This document shows positions 12,779 through 34,079 of a DNA stretch of 64,000 bases, piece by piece. A program made the position numbers and the translations under genes. The DNA is taken from the NCBI RefSeq assembly GCF_009914755.1, contig NC_060932.1, one strand, 5' to 3'. Source of the DNA: the human T2T-CHM13v2.0 reference genome, Homo sapiens. Each line of letters begins with the position of its first letter. Position 1 is the stretch's first letter. The notes beneath the pieces were generated by a model. It was not told where the DNA came from. It did no database searches and saw only the letters and a program-made list of their open reading frames with translations.

Positions 12779-14076
12779 AAGAAATACAGAGAACATCTGT
12801 GAGATACTATAGAAAATGAACATCACCAACGCAGATATTCACCGGACTGTCCAAAGTCAATGCAAAAAAAAAAAAAAAAAAAAACTTAAAGGTAGCTAGA
12901 GAAAAAGGTAAGATCATAAATAAAGAGAACTGCATCAGGCTAACAGTGGACTTCTCAGCAGAAACCTTAAAAGCTGGGAGAGATTAGGGGTTTATTTTCA
13001 TCATTCTTAAAGAAAAGAAATTCCAACCAATAATTTCACATCCCACCAAATTAAGTTTCCTAAGAGATAGAGAAATAAAATCTTTTCCAAACAAACAAGT
13101 GCTAAGGGAATTCATTACCACTAGACCAGCCTTACGAGAGATCATTAAGGGAGTTCTAAACAAGGAAACAAAAGAATGATACCTGCTATCACAAAAACAA
13201 CACACTCAAGTGGATAGCCCACAGACCCCATAAAGCAAGCATACAACAGAAACTACAAAGCAACCATCTAACAACTTCATGACAGGATCAAAATCTCACA
13301 TATCGATATTAACCTTGAATGTAAACAGTCTAAATCCATCACAAAAATGCAAGTTTGATTTAAAAAAACAAAAAGACCCTTCCATCTACTGTCTTCAAGA
13401 GACTCATCTCATATGTAATGACACTCATAGGCTGAAAGTAAAAGTTTGGAGAAAAAGCTATCACACAAATGGAAAACAAAAAACAGTAAGAGTCACTATT
13501 CTTATATCAAATAAACCATACTTAAACATACTTTAAACCAGTAAAAAAAAAATGGCAAAGAAGGGCATTACATAATGATAAAGAGTTCAATTCAACCAGA
13601 AGACTTAATTTTCCTAAATACACACTCACCCAACATTGGAGCACCCATATTCATAAAACAACTATGTCTAGACCTATGAAAAGACTTAGACAATCACACA
13701 ATAATAGTGGGGGTCTTCAATACCCCACTGACAGCATTAGACAGATCATTGAGGCAGAAAACTAACAAAGAAACTCTGGACTTCAATTTGACACTTAACA
13801 ATTGGACCTAATAGATATCTACAGAACACTCCACCCATCAACCACAAAATATACATTCTTCTTATTTGCCACCAGAACATACTCCAAGGTCAAACACATG
13901 TTTGGCCATAAAGCAATTCTCAATAAATTCAAAAAAATGAAATCATGCCAGCCTTACTCTCAGACCACAGTGGAATAAAAATAGAAATCAATACCACAAA
14001 GATTTCCCAAAACCACACAATTACATGGAAATTAAACAATTTGCTCCTGAATGACTTTTGGGTAAATAACCAAATT

Positions 14077-14375
14077 GACCAAGCATAGTGGCTCATGCCT
14101 ATAATCCCAGCACTTTGGAAGGCCGAGGCAGATAGATTGCTTGAACCCAGGAGTTTGAGACAAGCCTGGGCACTATGGCAAAATCCTGTCTTTACAAAAA
14201 AATACAAAAATTAGCCAGGCATGTTGGTACGTGCCTGTATTCCCAGCTCCATGGGGGTCTAAGAGGTAGGAGGCTTGCTTGAGCCTGAGAAATCAAGACT
14301 GCAGTGTGCCATGATTGTGCCACGGCACTCTAGCCTGGGTGACAGAATAAGACCCTGTCTCAACAAAAACAAAAA
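14077..14375 (+). mobile_element. AluJ nested in L1 ORF2
   Basis: Diverged Alu dimer with J-type gattgcttgaacccagg / gcttgagcct. Confidence 0.85.
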
Positions 14376-16578
14376 TGAAATTAACACAGAAATCAAAAAT
14401 TCTTTGAAATAAATGAAAACAGAGACAAAATACCAAAATCTCTGGGATGCAGCAGGAGCAATGTTAAGAAGAAAGTTTATAGCACTAAACACCTAACTCA
14501 AAAAGTTAAAAAGATCTTGAATTAACAATTTAACATCACACCTTCAGGAACTACGAAAACAAGAACAAACTAACCCCAAAGCTAGCAAAAGCAAAGAAAT
14601 AACTCAGAGCAGAACTAGGGGAAATTGAGATCCCAAAATCCACACATAAGATCAATAAAACCAAAAGTTGATTCTTTAAAAGGATAAACTGGATTGATAG
14701 ACCACTAGTTAGATTAACAAAGAAAAAAGCAGAAGCTCCAAATACACACAATCAGGAACAACAAAGGTGACATTATAAGCAATCCCACAGAAATACAGAA
14801 AATCCTCAGAGACTGTTATGAACTTCTCTATACCCACAAACTAGAAAATCTAGAGGAAATGAATAAATTCCTGGAAACACGCAATCTCTCATGGTGGAAT
14901 CAGGAAGAAATTGAAACCCTGAACAGACCAATATCAAGTTCCAAAATTAAATCAATAATAAAAAAATCTATCAACCAAAACCAGCCCCAAACCTGACAGA
15001 ATCATAGCCAAATTCTACCACATGTACAAAGAAGAGCTGATACCAATTCTACAGAAATTGTTCAAAAAAATCAAGGAGGAGGTACACTTTCCTAACTCAT
15101 TCTACGAAGCCAGCATCACCCTGTACCAAAACTTGGCAAAGACACAACAAACAAAGAAAACAACAGGCCAATGTCCCTCATGAGCATAGATGCAAAAATC
15201 CTCAATAAGATACGAACAAACAGAATCCAGCAGCACATGAAAAAGTTAATTCACTACAATCAAGTAGGCTTCATTCCTAGGATGCAAGGTTGGTTCAACA
15301 TACACAAATCAATAAATGTGATTCACCACATAAAGAGAATTAAAAACAAAAACCATATGATCACCTTAATAGATAACCAAAAAAAGCTTTTGATAAAATT
15401 CAACATCTCTTCATGATAAAACCCTCAACAAGTAGGTATTGAAGGAACATACCTCAAAATAATAAGAGCCATCTATGACAAACCCACAGCCAATATCATG
15501 CTGAATGAGCAAAAGCTGGAAGCATTTCCCCTTGAGAACTGGAACAAAACAAGGATGCCACTCTCATCATTCCTATTCAACATTGTGCTAGAAGTCCTTG
15601 CCAGAGGAATCAGGCAAGAGAAAGAAATAAAAGGCATGCAAATAGGAAAAGAAGAAGTCAAACTGTCTCTAGTCATGCACAATATGATTCAACACCTAGG
15701 AAACCCTAAAGACTCTGCCAAAAGGCTCCTGGAACTCATAAATGACTCCAATAAAGTTTTAGGATACAAAAGCAATATACAGAAATAAGTAGCATTTCTA
15801 CACACCAATAACATTCAAGCCAAGAGGCAAATTAAGAATGCAATCCCATTTACAATAGCCACATAAAAAAATAAAAATACCTAGAAACACATCTAACTAT
15901 GAAGGTGATGACCTCTACAAGAAGAACTACAAAACACTGATGAAAGAAATCAAAGATGACACAAAGGAAAAACATTCCATGCTCAAGGATTGAAAGAGTC
16001 AATATCATTAAAATGGCCATATCACCCAAAGCAATCTACAAATTCAACGTTATTTCTATCAAACTACCAATATCATTTTTCACAGAACTAGAAAAAAAAC
16101 TATTCTAAAGTTTATATGAAACGAAAAAAAAAAAAAAAGCCCAAATAGCCAAAGCAATACTAAGCAAAAAGAACAAAGCCAGAGGTGTAACATTACCAGA
16201 CTTCAAACTATGCTATAAGGCTACAGTAAGCAAAACAGCAATGGTACTGGTACAAAAGCAGACACAGAGACCAATGGAGCCGAATAGACAACCCAGAAAT
16301 AAAGCCGTACACCTACAGCCAACCTATCTTCTACAAAGTCGACAAAAATAAGCAATGGGGAAAGGACTCCTATTCAATAAATGGTTCTGGGATAGCTGGC
16401 TAGCCATATGCAGAAGAATGGAACTGGAACCATACCTTTTATCATATATAAAAATTAACTCAAGATGGATTACAGATTTAAATATAAGAACTCAAACTAT
16501 AATAATCCTAGAAGAAAACCTAGGAGACACATCAGCCTTGGGAAAGAATTTATGACTAAGTCCTCAAAAGCAATTGCA

Positions 16579-16887
<309 letters not shown>

Positions 16888-17944
16888 TTGACAAGTAGGA
16901 CCTACCTAATTAAATGAAAGAGCTTCTGCACAGAAAAGTAAAATATCAATAGAGTAAACAGACAACCTAAAGAATGGGAAAAAATATTTCCAACTACGCA
17001 TCTGACAAAGATTTGATATTCAGCATCTATAAGAAACTTAATTCAATAAGCAAAAACAACCCCACTAAAAAGTGGGCAAAAGTCATGAACAGACACCTCT
17101 CAAAAGAAGATATACAGACAGCCCACCAGCCCACAAATGTGGAAAAATGCTCAATATCACTAATCTTCAGAGAAATGCAAATCAAAACCACAAGGAGATA
17201 CCATCTCACACCAGTCAGAATTGTTATTATTGAAAGTCAAAACAACAACAACAACAACAGATGCTGGCGAGGCTGCAGAGAAAAGAGAACACTTATACAC
17301 TGTTGGTGGAAATGTAAATTAGTTTAGCCCCACTAAAAAGCAGTTTGGAGATTTCTCAAAGAACTTAAAACAGAACTATCATTCGACCCAGCAATCCCAT
17401 TACTGGGAATGTATCCAAAAGAAAATAAATCATTCTATCAAAAAGACACAGGCACTTGTATGTTCATCACAGCACTGCTCACAATAGCAAAGACATGGAA
17501 TTAACCTATGGACCAGATAAAGAACATGTACAACAGTGGACTGGATAAAGAAAGTGTACATATACACCATGAAATACTACACAGCTGAATAAATAAATAA
17601 ATAACAAAATTATGTCCTTTGCAGCAACATGGATACAGCTGGATGCCATTATCCTAAGTGAATTAATGCAGGAACAGAAAATGCATGTTCTCAGTAATAG
17701 GTACGTGGTAAGCATTGGGTACTCATGGACACAAAGATGGAAACAATAGACACTGGGACTACTGGGCAGGAGGGAGGGAGGGGGGCAAGGGTTGAAAAAC
17801 TAACCGTTGGGTATTATATTCACTATGTGGGTGACAGGATCATTCATACTCCAAACGTCAACGTCACACATTACACCCATGTAACAAACCTGCACATGAA
17901 TCTACAGTAAAAATTGAAATTATAAAAAAAAAAAAAAGAGAAGA

Positions 17945-18780
17945 TTGCTCTGGCAGCTATGTGGAGAATGGACAGGAAGGGGCCCAGAAAGGATGCAGAC
18001 ACGCCAAGTATTAGAGGAAGGCTGAAGTAGACATGGAGAGAGATCCACTGGAAAGTTGCTAATATCTGGAACCAGGGTAAAGAGAATTGCACAAATATAA
18101 AAGAGGATTAGGGAATAAAATTGATCTTACCTGACAATGAATTGAAGTATAAAAGTAAAGAAGCAGTCGAGGATGACACCTGGTCTTTAACCAAGGCAAG
18201 ATATGTGTGACGCCATTTTTCAAGGGAGGAAACAATTGAGGAGGACTTCGTTTGGGGAGAAGAGAATATCATTACTTTGGTTTTGGATGTCTTGAGTTTG
18301 AATGTGCCATTGAGATATCTAAGTGGAGATATTGAGTAAAGAGTGATTGAAAATCCTTATGAAACACCGGTGTATAGTTGGTATTTGGAGGGGCATTTGC
18401 ATGTCGATCATTAGAAAAGGAAGTAGAATAAAAAAAAATAAAAGGGCCCGAGTCTTGAGGAATTCCAACATTTAACGGCTAGTAGTATAAGTATTGACCT
18501 GCAAAAGAAAATTAAAAGGTGTGGCCCAAGAAGTAGGGGAGAAAGCAGGAAAGCAGGGTGCCAAGAAGGAAAAAGAAGCAATAGTCTCTGGTTGCAAAAA
18601 GCCAGATGAGATGAAGACTGAGATGTGTTCATTGCATTTAGTAACGTGGAAGACATTGATTACTTTTGTAAGAGCTATCTTTTTCAATTGAGTGATGGGG
18701 ACACAGGCAAGATTGGGGTAGACTGAGGACTGTACCTTAAAACAACAGAGAATGTGTTCATCGCAAGTCAAAACAGTATT
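17945..18780 (-). mobile_element. L2 fragment(s)
   Basis: Purine-rich degraded L2 motifs (ttggttttggatgtcttgagtttga, gagatatctaagtggagat, gatgaagactgagatgtg). Confidence 0.55.
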
Positions 18781-18814
18781 GTTTTGACTTGAAAACTGTT
18801 TCAAAACTGACAAA

Positions 18815-19107
18815 CATCAGATGCAGTGGCTCACACCTGTAATCCCATTACCCTGGGAGGCCAAGGCAGGAGGATTGCTTGAAGCCAGGAGATCAAGACC
18901 AGCCTGGGCAACATAGCAAGACCCTGTGTGGATGAGAAGTTTTTTTAAAAAAATAGCTGAGTGTGGTGGCTCATACCTATAGTCCCAGCTCCTCAGAAGG
19001 CCCACTGGAGCCCAGGAGGTCAAGGCTGCAGTGAGCTATGATCACACCACTACACTCCAGCCTGGGCTATACAGCAAGACCCTGTCTCTTGAGAAAAAAA
19101 AAAAAAA
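18815..19107 (+). mobile_element. AluJ with a small right-arm deletion
   Basis: Alu dimer, ggattgcttgaagccagg, A-tail. Confidence 0.85.
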
Positions 19108-19433
19108 CTGAGAGAGCAAGGAGTTGCCTCAAATGAAAATACAATTTATCATATTAACTTGTAAGTTAAAATGTATTATAAAACTCAAATCAGGCAGTTA
19201 TATGAAGCTTGAGCATCAATATAAGTAATGTTTGTTAAACTATTATCATGAGATGAAACATGAAACAAATATCACTCTGTCATATTAACTGTTGCCTAAA
19301 GTATATTTTGCTGTTGTTTTTTACTAATTCAAATAATAATTGTTTGTATGGTGCATTGCTTCAGAGGATTTTCACAGAACTTTTTCCATATGAATTTGAC
19401 AACATATACCAGGGGGATAACCTGAAAAATCCT

Positions 19434-19950
19434 TGTACTGGATACCTCTCGGGCAGCACTTCAAACCCACCTGGCTGCACCTCTTCCTCCAGCCTCCGCC
19501 AGGGGAAGAGTTTTACCCAGCTTTGATCAGCTTCGCTCAGATGTGATCTGACAGGACCTAGCCTCAGGCATCCAGCATGGAACTCTTCCTTCCTAAGTGG
19601 GACTTGCCTGATGCCACAGCATGACATGCCCAAGAGAACCCACTTGGCATTCACGCATGTGCACCCAGAACTACTGGACTACTGGGCTCACTCTTGGCCA
19701 GTGGGAACAAGGGCTGATGGAGGAATGCTCACTCCTTTTTTCTCTGGGAAGACATTTCTGAGACCCCCTTCCTAAGGCTCCTAGAAATTCCAAACCATCA
19801 TTTGGGCAGTGACATCTCCCTACCGCCTTCTCTTCCAGCTTTCCCTTTTTCCCTCTTCTTCACTTCTGCTCCCTGGAGTCACATTTCAAAATATTCACAC
19901 ACCAGCCTTTTATCTCAGGCTCTGCTTTCAAGGGATCCTAGGCTAAGTCA
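19434..19950 (+). mobile_element. ERVL LTR (LTR16/LTR33-like)
   Basis: Begins tgt; ends tctcaggctctgctttcaagggatcctaggctaagtca, resembling the LTR16/33 3' end. Confidence 0.5.
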
Positions 19951-20689
19951 ATATTCTAGTTCAGAAACTATAAATGAAGGCCCTTTGGCTAGGCAGAAAG
20001 GGAAACTAACATTTTCTAAAAACTAAATTTGTGCTCCATATTTACTATTTCACGTAACACTCAAAAGAACTACAGACTGGCTCAATTGGGAAACTGGAGT
20101 CCAAGTTATTCAAAGCTACACAGTTTCACTGACTTTATACGTTCTTATTCTCCATACTGCTTCCAGTGATATCTTCCTTTGACTGTGGTCATAGATATAT
20201 TTTTGGAAGTGAATAATGAAGATAAATAGCAATAGCAACTATTATGCATTGAGGGCCTATTTGTGCCAGACAATTGGCTAAGCACTTAATATTTAATCTT
20301 CACTGTAACTCTACAAGCTATCACTAGCTTCATTTTATTCCAATAAAAATGGAGGCTAACTTTTCCAACATTCTCTACTGATGAAATGACTGCTAATACT
20401 TGTGCTTACTCCGTAGCCCTAATGTCTATGATCACATTTAATCCTCACACCTACCCATGAAATAGGTTCCTGTTGATCATCACATTACAGACCCAGCAGC
20501 TCTAAAGCTTATAGATGCCTTTTCCCCTACCAGGCTGCCTCTCATTACAGGAAGAAGACAGGGAGAAAAACATGACAAGAAAAAATGATCTACCATAAGC
20601 ACTTCCTATATCAACGTGCTTTGAACAGAGCAATAGTCACACCCATAGTGCCTGCTAAAAATATGACTATGGCTAATTTCAGGAAGGAT

Positions 20690-20880
20690 CCCTTCACTTC
20701 AGCACTACTGACATTTTGGCCTGGATAGTTATTTGTAGAGGGAAGTGTCCTGTGTGTCGTTGGATGTCTGGCAGCATCCCTGGCCTCTAACATCTAGATG
20801 CCAATAGCACCTCCCTTCCATTGTGACAACCAAAAATGCCTTCAGACTTTGGCAAAATTGCTTCCAGTTGAAAACCACTG
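20690..20880 (-). mobile_element. MER20 (hAT-Charlie)
   Basis: cagcactactgacattttggcc...gcagcatccctggcctcta..catctagatgccaatagcac...ttgaaaaccactg. Confidence 0.8.
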
Positions 20881-21312
20881 GTTTACGACATTTTAAACAA
20901 ATAGTTTTAATTCTGAAGTTTGAATTATATCAGGGCAATGGTCCTTCGCTGTTTGGGAATTCAATTGTGGAGATACAAGCGGGAATTCAATTCAGTAATC
21001 CCATCTGCTCCTCCCCTACTCTTATTCCCTTCCTTCCATTGTTTCTTTTGCAAATCCCAAGGATGGCTTCTACCCAATAAAAACAGTCTCATGCACAGGA
21101 AGGGACTTGTTCCTGGGCCATGGCGCCCCCTTCGTTGTCATCAGATGTCTCTCCTTCAAGTCAAAATTTTGTCTAGCCCTGATTATCGTACTATCTCCCA
21201 ACTAAAAACAAAACCTATTTAATTGGCTCTACTATTAAATAACAAGCACACCATGTTATGAACATTGTTTCTATATTTACAAATCCAAAACATGATTGAA
21301 AATGTCACTCTC

Positions 21313-22112
21313 GGCTTTGCAGCAGCTGCTGCCACCACCAGGAGCCCCAAACTATCAGCCATGGTCAACCCCACCATGTTCTTCCACATTGCCGTCAATG
21401 GCGAGCCCTTGGGCCATGCCTCCTTGGAGCTGTTTGCAGACATGTTTTCAAAGTCAGCCAAAAACCTTCATGCTCTGAGCACTAGAGAGAAAGAATGTGG
21501 TTATAAGGTTTCCTGCTTTCACAAAATTATTCCAGGATGTATGTGTCAGGGTGGTGACTTCACATGCCATAATGGCACTGATGGCAAGTCCGTCTACAGG
21601 GAAAAATTTGATGATGACAACTTCATCCTGAAGCATACAGGTCCTGGCATTTTGCCATGGCAATTGCTGGACCCAACACAAACCATTCCCAGTTTTTCAT
21701 CTGCACTGCCAAGACTGAGTGGTTGGATGGCAAGCATGTGGTCTTTGGCAAGGTGAAAGAAAGCATGAGCATTGTAGAGGCCATGGAGCACTTTGGGTCC
21801 AGGAATGGCAAGACCAACAAGAAGATCACCATTGCTGACTATGAACAACTCTAATAAGTTTGACTTGGGTTTTATCTTAACCACCAGACCATTCCCTCTG
21901 TAACTCAGGATAGCACCCCTCCACCCCATTTGCTCGCAGTAGCCTATAATCTTTATGCTCTTGCTGCAGTTCCCTTTGGTTTCCCTTTGGGAGAGAAGTC
22001 CCTGCTCTAGCCAAGGGAAGGGGTTCCATGTTTTCCTTGTTCCCTTCCATGCCTAGCTGGATTGTAGAGTTAGGTTTATGATTATGAAATAAAAACTAAA
22101 TAACAAAAAAAA
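21313..22112 (+). pseudogene. PPIA: Processed pseudogene of peptidyl-prolyl isomerase A (cyclophilin A)
   Basis: Intronless. ATG at 21361 ([18 protein letters not shown]...MCQGGDFT...[11 protein letters not shown]), 1-bp frameshift near 21654, then [34 protein letters not shown] to TAA at 21852-21854. Has PPIA-like 3'UTR, AATAAA and A-tail; TSD core tgtcactctc at 21303-21312 and 22117-22126. Active-site R55K and F60C. The symbol names the parent gene; the pseudogene number is not known. Confidence 0.95.
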
Positions 22113-22537
22113 GAAGTGTCACTCTCTCAGTAGAAACAATATTCCCATAATCAAACATCCAAAGCAAATTGTATGATTTTTTTGTATTATCCAGGATTTC
22201 AAGACTCTGTTTCAGGGCAGAAAAGCCAAGTAGAAACAATGGTCAACTTTCAGCATACCTATTTTCAGCAGCCTACTTGCTGCTTCTTATGCAAACATAA
22301 CTATTATTTGTATTATTTTGTCCAAAATGTTAATACGAATTTATGTAAACATTCTAAATATATGGATCATAAATAAATACTACTGAATCAAAACTATAAG
22401 AAAGCAATATGATTGGCCCTAGAAGACTTTTATATATTTTCGTAAACTATTAGTTCTTTTTAACATATGTTATGCAAACAGGATAATGTAGATATGATAC
22501 ATAAGATGGCAAACACTATGAGTACACACTCTCTTAG

Positions 22538-22991
<454 letters not shown>

Positions 22992-23354
22992 AGAAATTTG
23001 GTCAAATACAAAGTGCTTCTGAAAACTAGTCTCCCATAAATAACTTTCATAAAGTTCCATCATATTCCTATAATGTCTTTTAAATAAATCTAGTGAGATG
23101 TTGCTAAAACGGCAAACTCAAAGATGACATCAAAATTAGCCCAATAATGAAATTTGTCCATCTTAGAAGCATTTTACATTGATATTTAGAGGTATAGTTT
23201 TCCACTTCTAGAGCCAATTTTTCCTAAGTCATTTTTTCTAAAACATGTTTGGAAGATTGAGGCCCACACAGCAGACATCTGGGCCCTCCCTAATAGAACA
23301 GGTTTTATTAGATTCCCAACCCAGTGAAAGCAAAGAAACAAAAATGTGCTTTTC

Positions 23355-29874
<6,520 letters not shown>

Positions 29875-30374
29875 AAAAATGTCCTTTTCAATTTACTAAA
29901 TTCTTACATATGTGTGATCAATTCTAAGCATTCAAAGGAAGAGGTAATTGCATAAGATAAAGAACAATGACTTAATAAAAGTTAAAAAGTAATTGGTGCT
30001 AAAGTTGGTTAAACTTTGGGTCTTCATTGTTTTGTCCTAATCTCATTCTGAAACTTAGTGCTAAAATAAAAATGATTTCCATTAGCCAAATAATGGAGAT
30101 TCCATTTAGGAAAGTAACAATGTGTATAGACCAAAGTACACCAAATAAATAAATAAATACTTATATAAGTTTTTCTTCTAAATAAAAATTCAAAGGAAAT
30201 TTTGTCTTAAGTGAAAATGTGCTGCTTACAGAGTTATTGTGAGGAATAAATAAGATTACACACGTAAAAGTACTTTGTAAACCTGAGTATGCTATATAAA
30301 ATGTGGCACTTCTATTTGCTCCATTTTCCACAAATTTCTCCAAGTATTAGCTTACTGAAATATTCCCAATGCCA

Positions 30375-30660
30375 ATTGGGAGCAGTGGCTCACGCCCATA
30401 ATCCCAGCACTTTGGGAGCCTGAGGCAGGAGGATCACTTGAGCCCAAACGCTCAAGATCAACCTGGGAAACATAGTGAGATCGCATCACTACAAAGAATT
30501 TAAAAATTAGCCAGATGTGGTAGTGCATGTCTGTAGTCCTAGCTACTTGGGAGGCTGAAGTAGAAGGATTGTTTAAGCCCAGGAGGTCAAGGCTGCAGTG
30601 AGCTATGATCATGCCACTGCACTCCAGCCTAGGTGGGCAATAGAATGGGACTCCATCCCC
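30375..30660 (+). mobile_element. AluJ (no A-tail visible)
   Basis: Alu dimer, ggatcacttgagccc, gtcaaggctgcagtgagctatgatc. Confidence 0.85.
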
Positions 30661-31263
30661 AACTTTCCCGGCAAAAAATTCTCAATGCCTTATGCCATCT
30701 CCCTCCTGGCCCCTTCCTGCCTTGTCCCATGCCTCCCACTATTCATGAGAATATCTCACATCCAACATAAGTACTTTATCACAGAGCTATAGTATATTAA
30801 GAAGTCAAAAATAAAAATTATGCAGCTGCAAATCAGTGAACAAATCATAAACAAACACTAATCCTCAATTGTATGTCTTCAGACTTTGTCAAAATCGTGC
30901 CCAATTGAGAACAGCCAGTTTATGGTATTTTAACCAAATACTTCTGACTCTGAGGTTGAACAAAGCACGTCAGGGTTTTCAGAAGGATACCCACTTTTTT
31001 TAGTATTCTATTGTAGATACATAAACAGGGTTTGAATCCAGTACCCAATTATAAAACCCCTTTAATTCACCTGCAGTGACATCTTTTTCCACTTTCTAAG
31101 TTGGAAGCTGTGCTTTGAGGTCCCCTAGCACAGGCACTGAGCCCTCGAGCTTTCCCCGGATCCCCTTGCAATCACAAAGTTTTGAAATCAGCAGGGGGAC
31201 TTCCTCTCCTTAACCCCCAGAGGCTGTCCTTGCCCTGTTCTCAGTACCCCGTAGCTACTTTAC

Positions 31264-31333
31264 CTACGATGGCTGAACTTTCCACTTTCTGAGGAACTGC
31301 AAACTTTTGTGGTCAGCCTGGCCCACTCTATAC
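31264..31333 (-). other. Candidate internal exon (70 nt)
   Basis: Acceptor ttcatgtctcag|G and donor TAG|gtaaag in non-repetitive sequence. No transcript evidence. Confidence 0.25.
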
Positions 31334-31841
31334 CTGAGACATGAATTCAACACATCTAGAAACTCTTATCATGCTGTCAATGCCAAGGAGAAAGGAATTT
31401 TTTCTTATGATTTCCATTTTAACCTAAAAGTTGTTTTCTCTATTGGATTTGCCAAAGGGCTCTTTGCTTGTGGCCCCCACACTCCTTATTGCCCTTTTCC
31501 ATTTTGTGACTCAATATTACAGTGTTTCTACAAATATTGTTAATATTTGCCTCCTGTTTTGAAGTGTTTGAAACATCAGGGAATAAGAAACAAGTATTAG
31601 TACTTTGACTGAGCCTGGTTACTTTCAGGTCGGCTTTGGATTTAAAGATTAGGGGCCAGTCTTATATACAAGCAAAAGTGCCTTCACTGTGAAGAACACC
31701 CCAGGGGACAAAATTAGACCAGTTAGTTGATAAAATAAATAATGATAATAATAATAACTAAAATTTCAGCACTTACTCTGCATTAAGCATATGCTAGCTG
31801 TTTTACATGTACAATCCATCTGATTGTTCTTTGTCTTCTTA

Positions 31842-32149
<308 letters not shown>

Positions 32150-32468
32150 TTAAAAAATACTGTGAGCTTTGTTTATTTGTGTGTGAATTCATAAATCACA
32201 AGTGAGTTTAAGATAATTGCAGTTCCCCATTCATGGACTGGCACCTCCTAATACACACATCAAAGAGTCTGATGTCCAGTCAACGTTGAAAAAAACTGCT
32301 GTGGAAAGTTCACATGGATTCTGAGGCCGCCATCCATGCCGGATTTTGACACATGGTTTGACATAGTAATTCCTATTCCACAATAAACCAAATCCTATTC
32401 ATTCCTCCCTGAAGTCATACACACTTACTAGCCCATAGGTGGCCAGAAGGTACAAGGCCTCTCTAGCA

Positions 32469-32568
32469 TGGGAGGCAGAGGTTGCAGTGAGCCAAGATTG
32501 TGCCACTGCACTCCAGCCTGGGTGACAGAGTCAGTGAGACTCTGTCTCAAAAAAAAAAAAAAAAAAGA
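32469..32568 (+). mobile_element. Alu right-arm 3' fragment with A-tail
   Basis: gggaggcagaggttgcagtgagcc...gactctgtctc(A)n. Confidence 0.9.
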
Positions 32569-32679
32569 AAGAAATATTGATTCCTGGAGCCCCAGTCTAT
32601 CAACCCCAGAAGAAGTGGTTGGGAAACAGAGGTAAGAAAGAAAGAGAGTGAAGGAAACTTGTTCCTCTCCCAACTAAGC

Positions 32680-33085
32680 ATGCCTCCTCCTATGTGTCCC
32701 TTCATCTGTGTCCTCTGCAGTGCTTTGTATTCAACCAGAAAATGTCAGTGTTTCCCTGAGTTCCGTGAGCTGCTACAGCAAATTAATCAAACCCAAAGAG
32801 CGGGGCATGGGATCCCCAACTTGAAGCCAGTCGATCAGAACTTCTGGAGGTCTGGACTTGGGAATGGTGTGTGGGGCAGTCTTGGGGAATGAGCCTTCAA
32901 TCTGTGGGATCTGGGACTGTCTCTGGGTAGACAGCATTGCAGCTGACTTAGAGGACTCCCAGCCGGTGTTCGCTACTGGGTTTGGAAAAAAACTCACACA
33001 TCTGATCCTACAAGTCTTCTGTGTTGATGATTGTTGTGGTGTGAGAGTAGAGGAAAAACAATGTAGAGAGAGCTCTCTGTGCACA
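32680..33085 (+). mobile_element. MER21-type ERVL LTR fragment; the adjacent 33085-33720 is possibly also ERV-derived
   Basis: gtgtttccctgagttccgtgagctgc..gcaaattaatcaaacccaaagag..gggatccccaacttgaagccagtcgatcagaa. Confidence 0.6.
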
Positions 33086-34079
33086 GAGAGGTAAAAGAAG
33101 TTTTTATCAGCAAAAAGGGAGAGGCTGACAGAAGCTGCTTAGAAACAGAGTTCCCTGGTTCCAGAGGTTCAAAGCCAGAGTTGCTGTCAGTCCATTGTAG
33201 GAGATGCCGTTGCTGGGCAAGTGTTCTCTTGAGAGCCTCTTACCTGAATTCCTGACGTCCTAAAGAATATCTAGTGATAAATCTTGTCAAAGCAGGAAGG
33301 GGGTGAAGGACATGAAAGACTTTCTTGTGAGGTTTTTTAAAAGTCCTTAGAAAAAGCTCTGATCTGAGACCTGGAAGCATGAGCCTCCTCTCCTTCAGGC
33401 CTTCCTGGCCCTATGGGGTCTGAGTTTGACGAAAGTCATCTCATCCTTGCACCTGTGACTTTCCTATTGGGTGTCTGTAGTGAAGGGATTGGGTTACGAA
33501 GTTTAACCTGAGCATTTCAGGGGTTTGGTTCAGGGCAGGGCTTGTTTCTACATCATTAGCAAAAGGGTTAATTTTTCAATGTTTTCTAAAAACAACCTAA
33601 GGTGCTTTAGCAGTACCTGGGGATGCTCAAGTCTCAGTTTGGGTTCAAGCCTGCAAGTGAAAACATGCACCTGTCTTCTGCCCTGGCAATATCAATGTTT
33701 TTCACTAATAGTCTTCCCAACACCCTCAAGAAATCTCTCATTAGAAGCAAGGGGAGTTATAGAAGGCGGGATGGGGGAAAAATAGGGAAAATATTATTTC
33801 TTCCCCAAATGGGAGCAAAGTAGAATATATGAGTAGAGTGATAAATGAGGCATATGTACCTTGAATGAAAGCCATGACATAGAAATTAGATTTAAGCAAT
33901 TACCTTAGTATAAACAATTTCTGAGGAAAAAAATGCAGAAAAGTATCAGCCAGATCCAGAGTTTTTTGCTTTCCCCCCAAATTACAGAATTGTTAAATCT
34001 CATTATAGAAGTCTCCAGCATACTGTTTTCTTCTGCATTATGTTGAGTTGTTAATTCCATTGAAAATCCCCGTAATACA

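Noticed and set aside
21265-21756. 163-aa ORF as a functional cyclophilin
   Set aside because: Frameshift after ...GPGIL, R55K/F60C, no introns, poly(A) and TSD remnant mark it as a processed pseudogene.
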